Shown here in pieces: positions 13,134 through 24,151 of a stretch of 64,000 bases of DNA. A model generated the notes under the pieces. The model ran no database searches and was not told where the DNA came from. It worked only from the letters and a program-made list of their open reading frames with translations. The stretch comes from Oculina patagonica (lineage: Eukaryota). Made by a program: the position numbers and the translations under genes. The stretch spans positions 50,406,001-50,470,000 of the forward strand of contig NC_135761.1 in NCBI RefSeq assembly GCF_052425735.1, written 5' to 3'. Positions within the stretch are counted from its first letter, which is position 1; every line of letters begins with the position of its first letter.

Positions 13134-14048
13134 CTAAGGGCTGCTGGCGTTTAAAGACAGCGTGCTTGAGAAGTAAGTAAGCGCAATGCTTGTTCGGCTT
13201 TCGCCCAACGGATTAATCTCCCGATGCCTGGAGAGCCTGCCATTGCAGCTGAAAAATGTTAGTTCGGAAATTGCTTTTCTATAATCTTGCATTCTAAGAC
13301 AGTAAATGATAAAATTAATGAACGAATTCCCGAACTGAAGAAGCTTAACTACGAAAACAACTACAATGTGTATATTCCTACATGACACACACATATTAAC
13401 CACAATAACTAAAACTTGGAAAGGAAGCCATGTCAACACAAATGCCCCGGTGATCAAAAATAATGTCTTAGACAACCTGGCCTCACGCCTCGCCCTAACT
13501 TCATTTTGTAGTCGAGAAGCTTGTTTTCTCCAAATGCCGCAGTAAGCACTGCAAGTTATCAACAAAGGAGTAGATAAGCTGATAGTGATAACAATTAGGA
13601 ACTGCAGATTTTTCATGACAGAAAAGTCAAGTAGCACTCGAGTTGAAGTTACAATAAGGGACAGGATCCACGGCGTTACCATGGCAATGATGTAGCTATG
13701 TGAGGATAACTGCAAATGACGAAGCGGTCGAGCGATAGCGTGGAGTCTTTCGAGAGAGATAACTGTCAGTGTGAAAATGGAACAGAGACCTGTAAACATA
13801 TCCACGCAATCATATATGACTCGTGGTATCAGTGTCTCCACAGAGATGACCGCTATCATATAAATCGGTATTGTAAATAATCCAACCAACAGATCAGCTA
13901 TGGCCAAGTCAATTAACAGGTAATGAGAGCGTTTGCGAAGCCTTCGCTTGAGAAGAACTAAAATAGTCAGAAGGTTGCATATGATGATTGTAATTGCTGT
14001 GACTCCAAAACACACAGTCCAGAACCAGTTCCAACTGTTGAAGTTCAT
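13134..14048 (-). CDS. Class A (rhodopsin-like) GPCR, copy A, 304 aa
   Basis: Seven hydrophobic helices; CN..(N1.50), LAIAD, ERL, W4.50, TWLPF, NFIIY, helix 8 YRKA. Confidence 0.95.
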   Translation of the reverse strand: MNFNSWNWFWTVCFGVTAITIIICNLLTILVLLKRRLRKRSHYLLIDLAIADLLVGLFTIPIYMIAVISVETLIPRVIYDCVDMFTGLCSIFTLTVISLERLHAIARPLRHLQLSSHSYIIAMVTPWILSLIVTSTRVLLDFSVMKNLQFLIVITISLSTPLLITCSAYCGIWRKQASRLQNEVRARREARLSKTLFLITGAFVLTWLPFQVLVIVVNMCVSCRNIHIVVVFVVKLLQFGNSFINFIIYCLRMQDYRKAISELTFFSCNGRLSRHREINPLGESRTSIALTYFSSTLSLNASSP

Positions 14049-14235
14049 GATGAATGCACAATTAGACAGCTGCCTGCAATGGAGAACAGAAACTTTTGTT
14101 TCTTCTTTAATTAAGGATCAACTGGATGTGATTTTTTAGTAATATTTTTTTTAATGTTAATTTTATTTATCCATACATCCAACGGTCCGTTCGTTCGTTT
14201 GTTCGTTTGTCCGTCTGTTCGTTATAAGTCTAATA

Positions 14236-14360
14236 CATCATCGACTGACAACAACTTTTCACTTGACTCTGAAGATGACTTCCGCTCAGGTTGTTGAAAC
14301 GTCAGTCACCAACTACAGTTCTTCTCAAAACTACTCTCACCCAAACGATCACACTTTACA
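14236..14360 (+). mobile_element. Penelope-like element terminal fragment
   Basis: Contains a minimal hammerhead and the flanking CACTTGACTCTGAAGATGAC...ACTCTCACCC..ACGATCA sequence I recognise from cnidarian PLE ends; absent upstream of paralog E. Confidence 0.7.
14264..14308 (+). ncRNA. Minimal type I hammerhead ribozyme
   Basis: Stem I TGACT/AGTCA; core CTGAAGA 14269-14275; short stem II GAC/GTT; GAAA 14296-14299; palindromic ACGT stem III; GUC cleavage triplet at 14301-14303. Confidence 0.75.
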
Positions 14361-14871
14361 ACCTTATAATAAATTCTTGTTAAATACAATTGCAGATGGA
14401 AATGAAACATTTGCATGAAGTCAGGATTCTTGACAGGATTCTTAAACGCTCTGGCAGAAAAAAAAAATCCACTGCTTCTTTTAGAATGGAATTGTACCCT
14501 TTTTTCTATGTCACCCATCTGAACCAGGTCAGATCGTACGTTTCGTATAATTTCATCATACGGAACTTCTAAATCCATCATTAACTGAGGTGTTTGCTTT
14601 ATATAAAACAAGAAGAACAAATTTAGCGTCGTCTGTTCACCATCGATTAAGTTTGATATTAAATGATTTCTAACATCTCGAAAGGATTAGTTTTGTAAAG
14701 TGCATTTATATAGCTCAATTTATTGACGTCGCCGTCGTCCATAAGACAATACACATCTTAAGCACTGTGCCTTTGGCGACATGACGGGACCCGCGCGAGT
14801 TTCCCGCGTCCACTGCTGTTGCCGTCCAGCCCTTCCTTCCTCATATCTTTAGGTCCCTATTAACCAGTCAG

Positions 14872-15112
14872 GGCCGGGTTGTTCAAAGCGCGGTTAAGCT
14901 AATCCAGGATAAGGATGAGTTTTGATTTTAGTTTTTTAACTTCTTGGTGAGGGTTTCTGTTTACATTTTATGTCCTCCAATTTTGTCGTCAACCAATCGC
15001 AAATTTCACAAAATATAAGCAATAAAAACAATTTATACAAGATGAATTGAACCCTCGATCAACTCTTAATCCTGCATGGTTTAGTGTAAGTCGGCTTTCA
15101 AAGAACCCGGCC
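14872..15112. mobile_element. PIF/Harbinger-type MITE
   Basis: TIR GGCCGGGTT / AACCCGGCC with CAG on both sides; paralogous copy at ~40221-40706 is interrupted by a SINE. Confidence 0.7.
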
Positions 15113-15370
15113 CAGAGCATGCACTTCGTGAAGCTATGTTGTAAACATGCTGGCATGTCCAGTTTGAACAGGATGCTTGAACATATTTCCTAACCTTATG
15201 ATGTGAAATGTAAGAGTTTTTGCTTGGCAACATTGAAAGGTTTAAGTGTATTCCAATGTGGCAGATTTTTATTTTAAATTCTATAAATGTGAAAATTCAG
15301 TAATGCGAAATTATTTATATCCAGAAAATGTTTTGTTTTCTCGCCTCATGACAAGTCTGTCTTATTTGAA

Positions 15371-16114
15371 GAGGCCCTGTTAGGGTAAATTCGACAAGCG
15401 ACACTGCGTTTAAACAGCAACATGGAAGAAATAAAATGGCGAGGAACGACAAGACTTTTTTTTTGCGACAGCGAAGAAAAGAATTAAATAAGAGTACTAA
15501 GGCGAATCTATTGGTTTTTTAAATGTTCGACGGCGAACTCATGTAGTTACAAATTCCTTGCGTCAACAGCATGCAGGGCATGCATTAAGTTCTTTAGTGA
15601 AGTAGATTAAATTAACTTTAACGGCTCTCTTAAAATGCATGAAAAACTTCTGCTTTGTGTACTTTGTTCAGAGTCAGAAAGTTCTGCTCTGTGTACCTAG
15701 GTTACTCGGCTATTGTGTTCTAAAGTTAGACACGTCGTGTTTTGATCTGTCAAATAAGTAAATTAATCTAAACGCTCTTTCAAAATGCAAGAGAAACTCC
15801 TGCTCCGTGTACTAGTTTTGAGTCACGTCGTTTTTTAATAGAAAAATTACGCTCGGTTTTAATTGGTCGCGATCGATTTAACTGCCTTTTTAAAATACCA
15901 GAGAAATTCCTGCTCGGTGTACCGAGCTTACTCGCGTCTTTTTTAATTGGTTGGAAAGTTAAAATATTTGAGAAATTTCTGCTCTTTTGCTCATGCCGTC
16001 TTAACACGAAATGACGAAATTACGACAGCGACATGTGGACCATTCTCTTAGTTGCGACATGACAAGCTTTGAAATTGAGACGGGAGACATGTATACCTAC
16101 CCTAACAGGGCCTC
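15371..16114. mobile_element. Non-autonomous DNA transposon with GAG...CTC termini and 6 bp TSD
   Basis: Perfect 17 bp TIR GAGGCCCTGTTAGGGTA / TACCCTAACAGGGCCTC; TTTGAA duplicated (15365-15370, 16115-16120); an uninterrupted site is seen in the adjacent tandem copy at ~16251-16266. Confidence 0.85.
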
Positions 16115-18327
16115 TTTGAACGCATCGCATTAAGTGTATTCCAATGTGGTAGATGTTTATATCTTAAATTCTATGAGTATGAAAATTAAGTAATGCGAAA
16201 TTATTTATATCCAGAAATGCTTTGTTTTCTCGCCTCATGACAAGTTTGTTTTATCTGAACGCATCGAAATCTTGATCATTTGATCTATCTTATAAAAATA
16301 TTGTTAAAGTGGGAAAGAAACCCTAACGCTTGTTACTTCCGTAAAAGTCTTACTACTATAAGTAGTGAAAATTTTGCAATAACCTATCTTTACCAAGACA
16401 AACATAAGTGTACCCCGGAACACAGGCATGATATTTCTAATGACGGAGCATAAACAGGAAAATAAAAGTCATTGTTTCAGTGTTGTATTTATAAACCAGT
16501 ACCGCGTTCTATGTGAAGAGCTTGATCGATTAGTAGTTTCACATTTAAATTTGAACTATATATATACTGAACTGACATAGCGCCTGATCTGACATTCACA
16601 CGCTAAGTAGACTAAAAGATTTTATTCAACTTACCTTACTTTTGTAGATTCTCTCTTATGATCGAAAGAAACCTGAACACTTACAGTCAAACGACAGTCA
16701 TAAACTAAGACGCCCAGACACTTTTACGCCATCCGATTTTAGGTAACCAATCCATAATCAAATAGTAATGCATGCTAATGACATTTTACATATCATGCAG
16801 ACATAAGTTATAATTTATAATTAACTAGGCATTTATGCTTCGCCTCATTGATTATTCGCTCAAAAACTCAGGCCTTTAAGTTAGTAAATAATAATAATGA
16901 ATATTACAGCTGTGTCCATTCATTCAGGTTACATTATCTTCAATTCATATACTGAGAAAAAAATTGTGTGACCGCCGGTGAAAGTGTTCAAAACCAGCAG
17001 CCCTATATTGGCTCAAGCCATCCTAATTTATACTCTTTTTATATCGCGTTGTGTATATGTTTATTAATTGAATGTATATCCAGCTTGCTTTTGCATTTAA
17101 AACAACGCCTTTCGCCTTAAATCAATTTCCTCTTGAACGTAATGTACGATTTATGCAATAGTATAGTTTCACTAGACCTGCATTCTGGCGGAGTTTTAGA
17201 AGATTCCCGAATGTTCTTCCAATTTTGCACGCCTCGAGCTCCGGGTGATACTTATTAACAACAGCTCTTACATGTTCCTGTTTTTCATTTCCATGACATT
17301 ATCTTATCAAAAACTTATTAGCCTTGACAGGTGCAAAATGTGCGTGATGTTCTTTTGGTTGTTTTGGCTTTAAAGAATGTTAATGCGAGAGTGGTACAAT
17401 AAATAGCTTTTCTCTGGCCTTTTTGCTGCAAATACTCCAACGACATATCGAAAGAGGTCGATACGACCTGACAACTAGTCATCGCAAAAAAAGGAAAGCT
17501 GAAATTTAATATATATCCTACTTTCTTTTTCCTCTATATATTTTTTTTAATTTTACGAAACCCATACCACCTTTTGACTTTTCTAAGTTTACCTTCAGCA
17601 TTAAAGCGTCAAATGCGTGTCTTGTGCTTGATTTATTGTCAAAGTGTCTATTTTTGACTTGTTGAGCATTAGCTATTATCTCTCTGTGCATTTTTAATCA
17701 GGTGTGTTTACGTCTAATATTTCTCCTCGTTATATCATTTTGGACTTATTTCTAGTGATTCCTGGGTGCTGCAGTGGAGAGACAAATGTTATGTTTTAGG
17801 CTTGTGGCAATAGCATACATTATTATCAATACACACGGTCAAATTGAAAACCGCCCGCTTGAAAACATGCACTTTGCGGGCCGCAAATGACTTCTAGCGG
17901 GCCGTTAATGCATAAACGGCCCTGCAACTGATTGGTTTTCGGTTCATCATCCGATTAATTTTAACTAATCAGCGTCGCTGACATGGAGAAGCCATTGAAG
18001 TGCGTACGCGTATGGCAAGCCTTGAAGTTAACGCAGCCTCGAATAGTATTTTACTGAGCGAATTGTGTTCATAAAGAAAAATCAAAGTCTATTCGTTGTA
18101 AACGAAACAAAATGCAGCCAAAAAATTGGTTTTGGAAGCAAATGCTCAAGGTGAAGAGACAGAGAGAGAAGCTTCTTGTTGCCTTGCGAAAAACAAAACT
18201 TCGTTCTCTTGATTTGTGTATCTCCGGTCGAGCTAATTTAGATTAAGTATTGTAGGAATTTTACGCCAAAATTCAATTGGAAAATGTAAGTTTGTAAAGT
18301 ATAAGTATCTCATCTCATCTCATCTCA

Positions 18328-19538
18328 TCTCTCCCCCGCAGAGGCTCCTCAGAGAGGTGTTCGGTGGGGAGAGTCCGCTGTACGAAAAGAGTGCAGGCGA
18401 AATAAAATGGCGAGAGCGGCCGCGAGAGCCTCTGCCAGTTGCCACACCCAACATGGCCGCCATCCGGGGAGGTAACCTTTCTATTAGTGGGGGGTGGTGT
18501 ATATGTTACTACCATATGTCAGTTAAATGACTGTTAATATCATGTCTGGAATCGGTTCTGAAGTTAATTACGCGATGCACGACAAGCAGAGGCAACAAGA
18601 ACGCATTCAGATGCCGGCGTGGAAATGTGGAAAAGTTTTATTTTGCACAAAGATTGTAGTTTTATTAAATCTGTTTTGTTGTGTGGCGAACAACAAATTT
18701 AACAAGCAAAGGATTCGATTTGGAAACTTCTGGCAGCTAAAACTTCTATAAACAGATTTTTTCTTTCTTGAAAGAGAAGAGAACAAGTAGGTTTGTTTTG
18801 AAGAATGTTAATTCAGATACGTATAAACAGATTCTCAGGTGGGCATTCGATTGCGAAGTTTCAACGTCAATTCTTTACCGTACGAACTAAGTAAACCAAT
18901 CGAAATATAAACTTAAATTCTGTTTCTTCGCAAACAGCTGCTTAAACTTGTGTAGAAACTATGCACACACTCATCTCACTCGCATTTTTCTGTACGAAAT
19001 AATGCTTGCTTTGTGGTTGTTGTGTTACTCGACCAAACGATCAAAGACATTAAGCTGGTTAATATTTAAAGCGAACTGCAACATGTAGGAAATTAAACAC
19101 GAAATACAAGAGGTATATTTACCATCAACAGATATCTCCTCGAGTGGGAAGTCAAGCTATTTGAAGTTTTTCCCAACTGACGCTTGACCTCCATAGGACA
19201 ACAATTGTCCCACACGACTCCCCACAAGTTTCAGGGGGGACTTCGGATACAAAGATTTTGGTTTTCTTCAGAAAAAATGAAAACTTTTCGGAGAAATAAC
19301 GGTCCCTTCTTGAAGTCACAAACTTTCCGCTGATTTTTACCACGTTCCAAGCTGCCAAAGTCGGCGAGGGCTTAGAAATTCATCAATGTACCAGAAAACG
19401 ACAAGGATGTTCGAGAAAACGACAAGCTTCTGGCAGAGGTTCCCCGCGAAGTAGATCTCGATCTTTTGCGCCTGTACTCACCTTGCCAAGCGGATTTTTA
19501 CAACGAACGCCCCATCGGGAACCTCTGCGGAGGAGAGA
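18328..19538. mobile_element. Unclassified TIR element inserted in a (CATCT)n tract
   Basis: TIR TCTCTCC(C/T)CCGCAGAGG / CCTCTGCGGAGGAGAGA; absent from the homologous flanks at ~22261-22630 and ~33962-34150; right part duplicated at 41027-41375. Confidence 0.7.
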
Positions 19539-19840
19539 GATCTCATCTTACTTCAATGAAGTATTGTTTACAGACAGCAATTGTAACAGACAGCAATTTT
19601 AATGCATTTTATATTGCCCTTAACGTGCCAACGAAAGATTTTGTCTGCGTTATTTTTTCATTCTAATTAGTCTTTACGGAATCACAGAGATCCTACATGT
19701 GTAGTATTAATAACAGAGATTTTAAACTCTGTTTAAATAGGTGAACTACTATTGCGAACTTCCTATTCATGAATTACGCTCAAGAAGGTCAATGAGATCA
19801 ATTTGTCCCTTCTGTAACGTTTCTATTGTATTATGTCGTA

Positions 19841-20746
19841 TTATGTGTTACTTAGATGCCATGTGCTTGAAAAGGAAACAAGCCTTATACTTGTAGGAGC
19901 ATCGGTCAACGGGTAAAGCTCTCGACGTGAGATTAGACTGCATCTGCACCTGGCAAGTATATTGAAGAGCGCATTTCTATACCTTTGCATTCTTATGCAA
20001 TAAATAATGCAATTGCTGAAAGAATTGCCATACTGAAGAAGCTTAATCGCGTAGACAACTACAGCGGGAACGCTCTTACATGGCGAACACATATTCAACA
20101 CAATTACTAGCACTTGGAATGGCAGCCATGTCAATACAAAAGTTCCTGTTATCAAAAGCAGGGTCTTGGACAGCTTAACCTCGCTCCCTGCTGTTACTCC
20201 ATTTTGTAGTCGAGAAGCTTGCTTTCTCCAGATGACACCGTAAGAAGCACAATAGATCAACAAAGGTGTTGTTAAGCTGATAATCATAACAACAACAAAT
20301 TGGTGGATTTTCATGACGGGAAATACAAGCAATAGTCGAGTCGAGGTGACAATAAGGGAAAGGACCCACGGCGTTACCATGGCAATGACGTAGCTATTCG
20401 AGGAGAGCTGACGATGACGCAATGGCCGAGCAATAGCGTTTAGTCTTTCAAGAGAAATAACAGCCAAGGTAAAAATTGAGCAAAAACCTGTAAACATATC
20501 CACACAATCAAATACGAGTCGTGACACCAGTTTCTCCCGAGACATGACCGTCATCATATAAATCGGAATTGCAAATAATCCAACCAACAGATCAGCTATG
20601 GCCAAATCAATTAACAGGTAATGACAACGTTTTCGAAGCCTTCGCTTGAGAAGAACTGAAATGGACAGTGAGTTACCAACAATGGTTAAAAACGCTATTG
20701 ATCCAAAGCACATGTTCCAGAACGGGTTCCATTTGTTTAAGTCTAT
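19841..20746 (-). CDS. Class A GPCR, copy B (paralogous start ATG is ATA; next ATG at 20713)
   Basis: Open 7TM frame nearly identical to copy C; codon 20746-20744 is ATA where C, D and F have ATG. The ORF-track start at 20788 is a TTG lying upstream of a likely splice acceptor. Confidence 0.85.
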   Translation of the reverse strand: MDLNKWNPFWNMCFGSIAFLTIVGNSLSISVLLKRRLRKRCHYLLIDLAIADLLVGLFAIPIYMMTVMSREKLVSRLVFDCVDMFTGFCSIFTLAVISLERLNAIARPLRHRQLSSNSYVIAMVTPWVLSLIVTSTRLLLVFPVMKIHQFVVVMIISLTTPLLIYCASYGVIWRKQASRLQNGVTAGSEVKLSKTLLLITGTFVLTWLPFQVLVIVLNMCSPCKSVPAVVVYAIKLLQYGNSFSNCIIYCIRMQRYRNALFNILARCRCSLISRRELYPLTDAPTSIRLVSFSSTWHLSNT

Positions 20747-20772
20747 AATGACGTACTCGATTAGGCAGATAT

Positions 20773-20979
20773 CTGCATCAAGGAACAAACAACGCTAACT
20801 AAAGTAAATGTATGATAGTTTCTGTAATGACGACGTTATCTACAACAAACACAAAATGTTTCATATTCAATTGTAAACTGTTCTGAAATGACGTCCGGCA
20901 CTTATTACGCCAGATATGTAATTTGATTAATGGTGCCATTCGGTATTGCAAGAAAAGAAAGCCAATGTAGCCTTCTTAC
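20773..20979 (-). promoter_or_regulatory. Probable 5'-UTR intron of B, conserved in C, D and F
   Basis: Minus-strand donor G|GTAAGAA near 20979 (also ~32676, ~35592, ~43344) and acceptor ...TGCAG|ATATC at 20773, shared among paralogs. Confidence 0.55.
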
Positions 20980-21609
20980 CTTTTAGTAAATAGAGAACTC
21001 GAAATCCACGCTTGAAGTCAAGGAGCAAGGAGCAAACACTTGTTCAGCAACCAGTTATCAACTAATTATTGAAAAGAAACTTTTTTTGTGGGTAAAGAAA
21101 AACAATCCAAATTATGTACTTGAAAGTCTTACGTCAATAACCGTCAAAACAAAACAAAAACATATTGTCCAAAAATAGATACCTGGTTTGAACATTGGGT
21201 TTTACTTTTCGAGCTTTAAGATTTAAGAAACTTCAGGTGTATATAATTTGCTTATAACAATGTCTTTTCAAAACCGTTGAACCGAATTTATGAATGCGAT
21301 AAGCAACATCTTTCGCAGGATTTTAAATCTTATTTAAAATTGGAATTGGATTTTTTTATTTCATTTCTTTTAATTATTATTATTGAAAAAGGTAAATACG
21401 TAATATGGGAAGGAAAAAGACATGAAAGGTTATAACTGTTATACTATATATTGACTGGTATACAACTATTCCACCTGTCCTTCTTTGCTCGAGGGCTATG
21501 ACGTCATTCAGCAATGCAATGGATTGACAACGTTAGAAAACATTAAAACGTTACAACGAAGCACCCGCCAACTACTTTGTTCCTATGACAGTTTTTATTA
21601 GGCGCAAAA

Positions 21610-22030
21610 GGAAAATGTATCTTTCTTCGTTTTTGCAAGTAGTTGACGATAAAGGAAGAGGACTCCGTCGATCGTATATCCATATCAAAATTCCGGTGTC
21701 TAATAACAACTTGGCTTTAAGCGAATAATGGAAAGTGCATCTTTAAGAAAAGTGCATCTTTCTTTGTTTGTGCAAGTAATTAACGATTAAGGACTAGGTC
21801 TCAGTCGATCGTATATCCATATCAAAATTCCGGTATTTAATAGAAACTTGGCTTTAAGCAAGTGATGGAAACTGCATCTTTAAGGAAAGTGTATCTTCCT
21901 TTTTTTGTGCAAGTAGTTAATTATTAAGGAAGAAGCCCCCGTCCATCTAATATCCATATCAATATACCGGTGTCTGACAGAAGTTTGGCTTTAAGCGAAT
22001 AAGGAAAAGTGCATTTTCAAGGAAAAGTGC
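21610..22030. repeat. ~120-140 bp minisatellite upstream of B (3 units)
   Basis: Unit GCAAGTAGTTAACGATTAAGG...CCATATCAAAATTCCGGTGTCTAATAGAAACTTGGCTTTAAGCGAATAATGGAAAGTGCATC. Confidence 0.85.
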
Positions 22031-22260
22031 ATCCGATTAATTTTAACCAATCAAAAAATTTTTTAACCAATCAGCGTCGCAAGCGGGAAAACCATTCAAG
22101 CGCGTACGCGTACAGCGAGCCTTGAAGTTAACGCAGCCTCGAAGAGTTTGTCACTGAGCGAATTGTGTTCGTAAAGAAAAATCAAAGTCTATTCGTTGTA
22201 AATGGAACAAAATGCAGCCAAAAAAATCGGATTTAGAAGCAAATGCGAAAGGTAAAGAGA

Positions 22261-22615
22261 CATCTCATCTCATCTCATCACATCTCATCGGATCTGATCT
22301 GATCTGATCTCAACTCGTCTCATCTCATTTCATCTCATCGCATCTCATTACATCACATCTCATTACATCTCATCTCAACTCATCTNNNNNNNNNNNNNNN
22401 NNNNNNNNNNNNNNNNNNNNNNNNNNNNNNNNNNNNNNNNNNNNNNNNNNNNNNNNNNNNNNNNNNNNNNNNNNNNNNNNNNNNNNNNNNNNNNNNNNNN
22501 NNNNNNNNNNNNNNNNNNNNNNNNNNNNNNNNNNNNNNNNNNNNNNNNNNNNNNNCATCTCATCTTATCTCATCTCATCTCATCTCATCTCATCTCTTCT
22601 CATCTCATCTCATTT
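22261..22615. repeat. (CATCT)n microsatellite containing a 170 N gap (22386-22555)
   Basis: Pentanucleotide run on both sides of the gap. Confidence 0.95.
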
Positions 22616-24151
22616 GATCTTACTTCAATGAAGTATTGTTTACACCCCTTTCATTTTCTCCCAAATAAGAGAAAGCAAGTTAAATTGTTCCACTTGAAAC
22701 AAACAGCAATGTTAATGATTTTTTTATATAGTTTCCTTGACGTGCCAACGCGAGATTAGTCTGCGATATTTTTTTTTAATTCTTATTAGTCTTTACGGGA
22801 TTACAGAGATCTTACATGTGTAATATTTATAGCGGAGCTCCCACGCGCCGAAGACGTGTAGCGTAGCTCCATTGGTAACATGCGGGTACAAAGGAACAGA
22901 CAGGGCAAATGGTATCCTATCGAACCGAGAAATTTTGGTTGTCGCGTACGTACGTCCGTCCGTACGCACGGATTAGGCCTGGGAACGAGCTAGGCTCCAG
23001 TGGCAACGCGCGTCTTTTGGTGGGAAAAATCATTACTATCAGGCCCTCAGCAAATAAGTTTTTTAAAAACGCCTTTCTACTCAGCTAAGCTTATATAGTA
23101 GACGGTTTTAAACGCGAGGGAAAAAATCATTCTTAGCTCTTGTTGACAATGTTAGAATTACATGAAGGGAAGACTAACTTGAGGAAGTCCGCTGTTGGCT
23201 GTCCGGCTCGTCTGGATTTATCAGCTTCTAAGCGAGCTTATTTTAAACTTGTGCATGGGTTGATTTGCCAAATGTTCTGGTTCATACGTGATAAGCTCTC
23301 GGGAAACGGTAAGGTGAACAGCAGAATTTTGAATATGGTTCAGAGTCAAAAGTCAGGAAACAATCTCACAGCATGCCGATTTACCAAGCGTACGCATGAG
23401 TTCACTACTAAGCATGAAGACTCCGCGATTGAAGAGCACACGAAGGACTCAGTTTTAAAGACAGTTTATTACAGATACATTATTTCTGGATATATTTCTC
23501 GTTTCACCCGCGATGACAACCATAGTTAGTAGAGGAGTAAAGATTGTGGCCGATCGAAATGGAAATCTTCCAAGCTTCTTGGTGAGTTTGAAGCAAAGAC
23601 GGTCAAAGACAACATTCCTTTACGAAAACAAGGTGAGCTATTGATGTTCATTTTTTTTAACAGATTAGAAAAGTCTTTGGTATTTAGATTAACCAGCATT
23701 CAACCTAATACATTATTTTTAAACGAAGCTGGGTTCTAGCTCTCAGTCGTGTACCGGTATGTCAAACAAGGACATAGACTTAGTGGACTGAAATTCGTTT
23801 TGTCTTAAACACGAATTGTATATTCAAAGCATACCTTAGGCCCGGGTCGCACTTGAGACAAAATCGGGACAAGTTTATTTTGATAAGCAAAAAAACTGTC
23901 AGATTCCTGTCATCAGTTGACCACGCCAAGTGCGACCTACTTGTCCCTACGCGGACAAAAACTTGTCCACGGAGACAAATCTTCAAAGAAGCCGTGGTCC
24001 TGCCCCAAAGCAGGACTTTTTACGAACAACAAACAAAAACTGTTTTTCTTAGAGATTAAGTTGTCCATCAAATTAAAAGCTTTAAAATGTAGTTGCTTCA
24101 CATTTCATTTTTCGTTGCGCGCTGTACCGTCGGTCACACGTTCTAGTCATC

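Noticed and set aside
20175-20369. Repeated 64 aa alternative-frame ORF inside B, C, D and F
   Set aside because: A by-product of high nucleotide identity among GPCR paralogs; no independent evidence.
20747-20788. N-terminal extensions in the ORF track (MFLDADICL... in B/C/D/F; also E 40174 and H 54306)
   Set aside because: They start at non-ATG codons or upstream of likely splice acceptors; paralog alignment supports the downstream ATG.
23140-23529. 129 aa ORF present in both Helentron-like copies (also 462-851)
   Set aside because: Track start is TTG, I recognise no domain, and the copies are too similar for ORF conservation to imply selection.
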